64,000 bases of DNA, taken from assembly GCA_049320885.1 (NCBI GenBank), contig JBMORA010000017.1, positions 64,001 through 128,000 of the forward strand. Reading direction: 5' to 3'. Numbering within the stretch: the stretch's first letter is position 1; each line of letters starts with the position of its first letter. The notes under the pieces were generated by a model that did not search any database, had not been told where the DNA came from, and was given only the letters and a program-made list of their open reading frames with translations. Shown piece after piece: positions 59,167 through 64,000 of the stretch. Both the position numbers and the translations under genes were made by a program. The DNA comes from Thermodesulfobacteriota bacterium (lineage in GTDB: Bacteria > Desulfobacterota > Desulfobacteria > Desulfobacterales > SURF-7).

Positions 59167-61223
59167 GACGACTGCTTTTGCTTCCTCGGCACGCTGAAGT
59201 CGATGCGCGTGCCTTCTTTCGGCCGGCTCTGGATGGCGAATCGTCCGCCCAGCATCCGGATGCGTTCGGCCATGGCGGTGAGTCCCATTCCGTTACCGGC
59301 AGATTCGCCTTCAGCCCGCTTTTCGGCTGCAAAGCCCCGTCCGTTATCCGCCACACGGCACACCACCATACCATCTCTTATATTCATTTCAAGCGAAATC
59401 CGGGAGGCGTCGGCGTGTTTCAGGGCATTGGTCAGGGCTTCCTGAAAAATCCGATACAAGGAAATCTCCGTGTTCTGGTCGAGGAGCCCCCGGGTGTCCT
59501 CCAGCTCGGTTTTGATCAGGGTGTTGGTGTGTTTCACTGCCTCCTCGGCCAGTTGGCTCACCGCTGCCGTCAGGCCCAGGTCATCGAGAAGGGCGGGACA
59601 CAATTCCCGGGACATGCGCCGGATACGGTCGGTGATGCCGTCGATGTACCGGAGGGACTCCTCGATGGCGGATTTGAGCTCCGGCTGTCCCTGGTCGATT
59701 TTTTTCTGGCTGGCCCGGAGCTGCAGTTTCAGCACCATGAGGGCCTGGCCCAATTCGTCATGCAATTCGATGGAGATGCGGCGACGCTCTGTTTCCTGTG
59801 CCTGGATCAGCTGGAAAGAGAGGGCATGGAGACCGGCTTCGGAAATCCTCAAAGCTGCTTCCACCCGCCGAAGTTCGGTCTCCTCTTCTTTGCGTGCAGA
59901 GATATCACGGGTGATGGCCATGATTTCCCGCGTCGCTCCTTGCCTGCCGTTGGCTATGGTTCTGCTGGTGGTTTCCACCCAACAATAGTGACCGTCTTTC
60001 TGGCGGATGCGGTAGGCCACCGTGCAGCCAGAGGCGTTTTCCAGAACGGCCTGATGGGATTTGCCGATTGCCGCCAAATCCTCCGGGTGAAAAAATTCGT
60101 AGGCATTGCGGCCGATCAGTTCTTCCGGCGCGTATCCCAGTATCCCCCGGCAGGATGGTGAAACGAAGAGGTAGTCGCCCGTTTCGGTATGCTTGGAGAT
60201 CATGTCCGTTGCGTTTTCCGCCAGCAGTCGGAACTGGCGTTCGCTCTCCTGCAGGGCCTTTTCGGCCAGGGTGCGGGCCTCCAATTCCCGGGCGAGACGC
60301 TTGTTGATCGTCTCCAGTTCCGCGGTACGTTCCCGGATGCGCTGCTCCAGGCTTGCATGGGCCTTCTGCAGCATTCGTTCGACCTGCTTCTGTTTGGTGA
60401 TGTCGCGCCAGACAGAACGGCTGTAAAGAATGCGGCCGCTTTCATCATAAGCGGCGGAAACGTTCAGGGAGACGTCCACCAGACCACCATCTTTGCGTTG
60501 AACCTGGAGGGTTTCGTCCTTGATGACGCCGTTCCGCAGGAAATCCGGGAACAGACGCTCTCTGGCATGGACAGCCGAATCAGGCGCATAGAGCTCGAAG
60601 ACCGGTCGGCCGATGATGTCTTTTTTTTCATAGCCCAGATCGTGCAGCAGGGTCTGGTTGCATTCCAGGATGACGGCGGTCGTTGCATCGACGGAGATGT
60701 ACATGTCCGGAGCGTTGTCGTACAGGTCCCGGTATTTTATATCACTCCGGCGCAGGTTCTCGAGGGCGATGAATTTCTCGGCGATTCGTCCCATGCGTTC
60801 GGCTATGGAATCGATCAGATCTTTTTCTTCTTTCAGGAAGGGGCCGCAATCCTCAGGAGCGCGCTCTTCCAGGTAGACAATTTCCAAAAAACCGCTTGTT
60901 TTTCCGAAAACGCGGACATCGCTGGAAAGCCGCCATTCCGTCATCCGATGATTTGGCGTTTTGTAAACGCGATCATCCAGTACAAGCTTCGCGGCAGTGA
61001 TTTCCGGATATTGCCAGCCCGGGGGCAGCAGGAGCATGCTTTGCTGGAGAATTTCCTCCAGGGAGGAACCGGGAGTGTCAAAGAGACGGGAAAGACCATG
61101 GAGACAGGCCAGTTCTTTCATGCGTTCACGCAAGGCGACCTTCTCCTGCTGGTGCTCGGCAGCCGAGCGTTCCAGGGCATGGAGCCGCTGGATCAGTTCT
61201 TCTCGGGTCTGGATTTCAGTCAT
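59163..61223 (-). CDS. Cytoplasmic PAS sensor histidine kinase (HisKA_3)
   Basis: PPGWQYP GAF-like domain, two PAS domains, ERRRISIELHDELGQ, QEALTNALKHA. Start uncertain (61223-61337). Confidence 0.92.
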   Translation of the reverse strand: MTEIQTREELIQRLHALERSAAEHQQEKVALRERMKELACLHGLSRLFDTPGSSLEEILQQSMLLLPPGWQYPEITAAKLVLDDRVYKTPNHRMTEWRLSSDVRVFGKTSGFLEIVYLEERAPEDCGPFLKEEKDLIDSIAERMGRIAEKFIALENLRRSDIKYRDLYDNAPDMYISVDATTAVILECNQTLLHDLGYEKKDIIGRPVFELYAPDSAVHARERLFPDFLRNGVIKDETLQVQRKDGGLVDVSLNVSAAYDESGRILYSRSVWRDITKQKQVERMLQKAHASLEQRIRERTAELETINKRLARELEARTLAEKALQESERQFRLLAENATDMISKHTETGDYLFVSPSCRGILGYAPEELIGRNAYEFFHPEDLAAIGKSHQAVLENASGCTVAYRIRQKDGHYCWVETTSRTIANGRQGATREIMAITRDISARKEEETELRRVEAALRISEAGLHALSFQLIQAQETERRRISIELHDELGQALMVLKLQLRASQKKIDQGQPELKSAIEESLRYIDGITDRIRRMSRELCPALLDDLGLTAAVSQLAEEAVKHTNTLIKTELEDTRGLLDQNTEISLYRIFQEALTNALKHADASRISLEMNIRDGMVVCRVADNGRGFAAEKRAEGESAGNGMGLTAMAERIRMLGGRFAIQSRPKEGTRIDFSVPRKQKQSS

Positions 61224-61349
61224 GGGGATTTTTCTTTGCCGTTTCATCCGCTTCTTTTGCCGGTTCCGTGTTTCGTATCGCCGTGCCGCCGTGAGGCGCT
61301 TGGTAACACAATGCCTGAACGGGCGCCTATCGAACATTTTCCCGGATCG

Positions 61350-61988
61350 TCAGCGCAGCAGCACCGCCCTGACCGGCGCGGCTTCGGCGCCGTTCAGGCG
61401 CAACGGAAGGCAGAACAGCGTGTAGCTGCCGGGCGGGACGGCGATGAGGTTGATGCTTTCCAGGATCAGGATTCCGGCGGACAGCAGCGTCCGGTGAGCC
61501 TTGAAGTCAAGGCTGTCCCAGGGGTCGACGGAGATATAATCGATGCCCACCAGCGCGACGCCCATTGTTACACACCATTCGGCGGTTTCCGGAGACAAAT
61601 GGACATGACGTTCCGAGAAAACGCCGCTGCGGCAAAGGCCGCGGGTGGAATTGCGCGTCCGGAACAGCAGGGCCTCCCCCGGCCGGAGGGTGACGTCCGC
61701 CAGGGCTTCCGGTTTGACGGAGACGTCATCATCGACGGGCACCACCAGGGCGGGGAGAATGAAATCCTTCACGTCGTATTGATCGACGGTTCTGCCGTCC
61801 TGGATGAAATGGGCCGGAGCGTCGATATGGGTGCCGGAATGCGCGCTGAGTTCCAGGCCGGACAGTTCGCAGGCGCCGCCGTTCCGGATGGTGGATATGG
61901 ATTTCCGCGAATAGGGTACATCGCCGGGGTAGTCGATGGACCCGGCGCCCAGCGGAACGCTGATATCATAAATCGTTTTGTATTTCAC
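61350..61988 (-). CDS. Cyclase family protein (kynurenine formamidase KynB-like)
   Basis: HSGTHIDAPAHF, VGIDYIS, ILE, EAAPVRAVL. Confidence 0.92.
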   Translation of the reverse strand: MKYKTIYDISVPLGAGSIDYPGDVPYSRKSISTIRNGGACELSGLELSAHSGTHIDAPAHFIQDGRTVDQYDVKDFILPALVVPVDDDVSVKPEALADVTLRPGEALLFRTRNSTRGLCRSGVFSERHVHLSPETAEWCVTMGVALVGIDYISVDPWDSLDFKAHRTLLSAGILILESINLIAVPPGSYTLFCLPLRLNGAEAAPVRAVLLR

Positions 61989-62010
61989 GATGTGCCATCC
62001 CCCTGCCGCG

Positions 62011-64000
62011 TCACGACACTCCCCGTTGATTCAAAAACGGTCCGTACTGGCGGTCCACGTCTTGAATATGGTGGATCAGCCAGCCTTTCAGGAAATTCAT
62101 GGCTTCCACCCCCAGGGAGGTGCCGGCCTGAAAGCGTGCGCGCATGTCCGAAATCCGTTCCACAAAATGGGCGTGCATTTCCTGCTGACGCTCCAGACCC
62201 GGATACCGTTTCACCCGCAGGATCGCTTCTTCCTCCGCGAAGTGGGTTTGGGTGTATTCCACCAGCTCATCCAGGATCCCGCCCAGGGAGGACTGGGCCT
62301 TGCCGGATTTCAGGCCGTCGTACAGCCGGTTGATCAGCTCCACCAGCTTGCGATGCTGGTCGTCCATTTTTCCGACGCCCACCGAATACTCCGGACTCCA
62401 TTGAATCATTTTTCCCGGTCCGGCGCCGGCGGCAGCCCTTGCGGACCGATGACGTCCCGGTGCGGCTATCAGAGCTTCGACTTTCCGTCCGGGAGTGTCC
62501 GACAGGACGGCGGACGCCTTCCGCCTGTCGCCCGGGGTCTCCCGGATGGTGAACAGCGCCAGGAGCTCCCGCAACTGCTGGGCCTGGCCGGAGAGTTCCT
62601 CCGAGGCCGCGGCGCTTTCCTCGGCGTTGGCCGTGTTCTGCTGGGTGACGCTGTCGATCTGGCCCAGGCCCTGATTCACCTGCTGGAGCCCCTGGGCCTG
62701 CTCGTTGGAGGCGGACGCTATTTCCGACACCAGTCCGGCGGCGCGGGTGATGCTTTCCACAATCTCCGTCAAGGCGCCGGCGGTTTGGGTCGCGATCCGC
62801 GATCCGTTTGCCACCTTGGTGTTGGAGGATTCGATCAACTCCGTGGTTTCCCGGGCGGCCCTGGCGCTGCGCTGGGCCAGGGTTCTGACTTCCTGGGCGA
62901 CAACGGCGAACCCTTTGCCGTGCTTGCCGGCCCTGGCGGCTTCCACCGCGGCGTTCAACGCCAGCAGGTTGGTCTGGAAAGCGATGTCGTCGATGATTTT
63001 GATGATTTTCCCGATCTGGCCGCTGGAGGACTTGATATCATCCATGGCAACGGCCAGCTGCTGCATGTCCTGGTGGCCTTTCTGGGCCGATTCCTGGGCT
63101 CTGGTGGTGAGTTGGTTGGCCTCCTGGGCGCTTTCGGCGTTCCGGCGCACCTGGCCGCTGATTTCGTTCATGGAGGCGGTGATCTCCTCCAGGCTGGCGG
63201 CTGATTCCGTGGCGCCCTGGGAGAGGCTCTGGGCCGCGTCGGAGATCTGCCGGGCCCCGGAATGCACCTGCTCGGTGGCGCTGCGGACATCGCCGACAAT
63301 TCTCGACAGATTGGTCACCATTTTTTCCAGGGCCAGGCCCAGTTGATCCCGGTCGGAGGCAAGCTGCAGATCGCAGTTCAGGTCCCCCTGGGCCACCCGT
63401 TCGGCCAAATCCGCTTTGGCGGCCAAGGTTTGGATCATCCGCCGCATGGCGGCGTGGACGCTGGCGTCGCCACCGGTTTCATCCACCGGAACGCGGGTGT
63501 CCCCTCTGGAGACGTGTTCGGCGATTTCGGACAACCGCATTGGTTCGGCGCCCAGCGGCTGGATGACGTTTTTCTGGATGCTCCAGTAGAGGAACCCGAT
63601 CATGCCCAGCATGGCGATGCAGGCAAACCCGAAAACGGCGTTGATCATGTGGCGCTGCCGGTTCAACTCCCGCGTCACCACCGCGGCCTTCTGACCCATC
63701 AGGAACAGGCCTGTCTCCTGGCCATTGAAATTTTCGATGCGCTTGGCCAGGGTCAGGTATTCCCCGTCGAATACATGCCCCTGTAATACCGCTGCCGGAT
63801 CGAGACGGCGGGTGGCGTATTCCAGAAAGGGTTGGTCGATTTCATTGATGGATAACGTGTAATTTCCCAGTTGCGGCATGTCGCGGAGTTCCTTGGCGAC
63901 GGACAAATGGTCGTTGTGCAGGAAATACAGAAAAAAGAACTCATGGGGTTCGAGGGTGCGGCGGATGGAATTGAGTCCCCCCTCGAAATCGGCGATGCCG
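62011..64000 (-). CDS. Methyl-accepting chemotaxis protein with C-terminal bacteriohemerythrin domain; 5' end outside the window
   Basis: [30 protein letters not shown]; hemerythrin [29 protein letters not shown]. The frame stays open from 63906 to the window edge ([12 protein letters not shown]...). Confidence 0.93.
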   Translation of the reverse strand, partial: GIADFEGGLNSIRRTLEPHEFFFLYFLHNDHLSVAKELRDMPQLGNYTLSINEIDQPFLEYATRRLDPAAVLQGHVFDGEYLTLAKRIENFNGQETGLFLMGQKAAVVTRELNRQRHMINAVFGFACIAMLGMIGFLYWSIQKNVIQPLGAEPMRLSEIAEHVSRGDTRVPVDETGGDASVHAAMRRMIQTLAAKADLAERVAQGDLNCDLQLASDRDQLGLALEKMVTNLSRIVGDVRSATEQVHSGARQISDAAQSLSQGATESAASLEEITASMNEISGQVRRNAESAQEANQLTTRAQESAQKGHQDMQQLAVAMDDIKSSSGQIGKIIKIIDDIAFQTNLLALNAAVEAARAGKHGKGFAVVAQEVRTLAQRSARAARETTELIESSNTKVANGSRIATQTAGALTEIVESITRAAGLVSEIASASNEQAQGLQQVNQGLGQIDSVTQQNTANAEESAAASEELSGQAQQLRELLALFTIRETPGDRRKASAVLSDTPGRKVEALIAAPGRHRSARAAAGAGPGKMIQWSPEYSVGVGKMDDQHRKLVELINRLYDGLKSGKAQSSLGGILDELVEYTQTHFAEEEAILRVKRYPGLERQQEMHAHFVERISDMRARFQAGTSLGVEAMNFLKGWLIHHIQDVDRQYGPFLNQRGVS

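Noticed and set aside
63906..63906. ORF-track start for the MCP
   Set aside because: The frame is open to the window edge and the first TM segment is missing, so the true start lies outside.
1..64000. tRNA, rRNA, CRISPR arrays, transposases, integrases
   Set aside because: None recognised by eye in the intergenic gaps or ORFs; a covariance-model scan would be needed to exclude small RNAs.

Overview
A 64-kb, mostly GC-rich bacterial window. Gene content (glycyl radical enzyme, DUF362, C_GCAxxG_C_C protein, hemerythrin chemoreceptor, many PAS/hybrid kinases) suggests an anaerobic deltaproteobacterium such as a Desulfobacterota member; this is inference only. Left to right: (1) a minus-strand NarL two-component system above a divergent IslA-like glycyl radical enzyme and a two-subunit aconitase X; (2) a closely packed minus-strand envelope/lipid cluster (lipoprotein, alpha/beta hydrolase, DUF4105, CxxCH beta-propeller lipoprotein, fatty-acid cis/trans isomerase, AsmA-like protein); (3) a membrane protein joining a Cache-like periplasmic sensor to a cytoplasmic Schlafen/AlbA_2 domain with intact catalytic-type residues; (4) FecR-OmpA-CHASE2 kinase, AraC, a DddP-like M24 enzyme with a DUF362 Fe-S partner, vapBC, and LysR with a C_GCAxxG_C_C gene; (5) a fatty-acid modification cluster (FAD oxidoreductase, DUF1365-Cfa fusion, dioxygenase, SRPBCC-SDR fusion, chalcone-isomerase-like protein, MFS); (6) a ~20-kb chemosensory/two-component cluster (hemerythrin MCP, CheB-CheR-PAS-PocR, hybrid kinases, CheA). 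I saw no rRNA, tRNA, CRISPR array or transposase. All family calls come from motif recognition and recalled reference sequences, not database searches.
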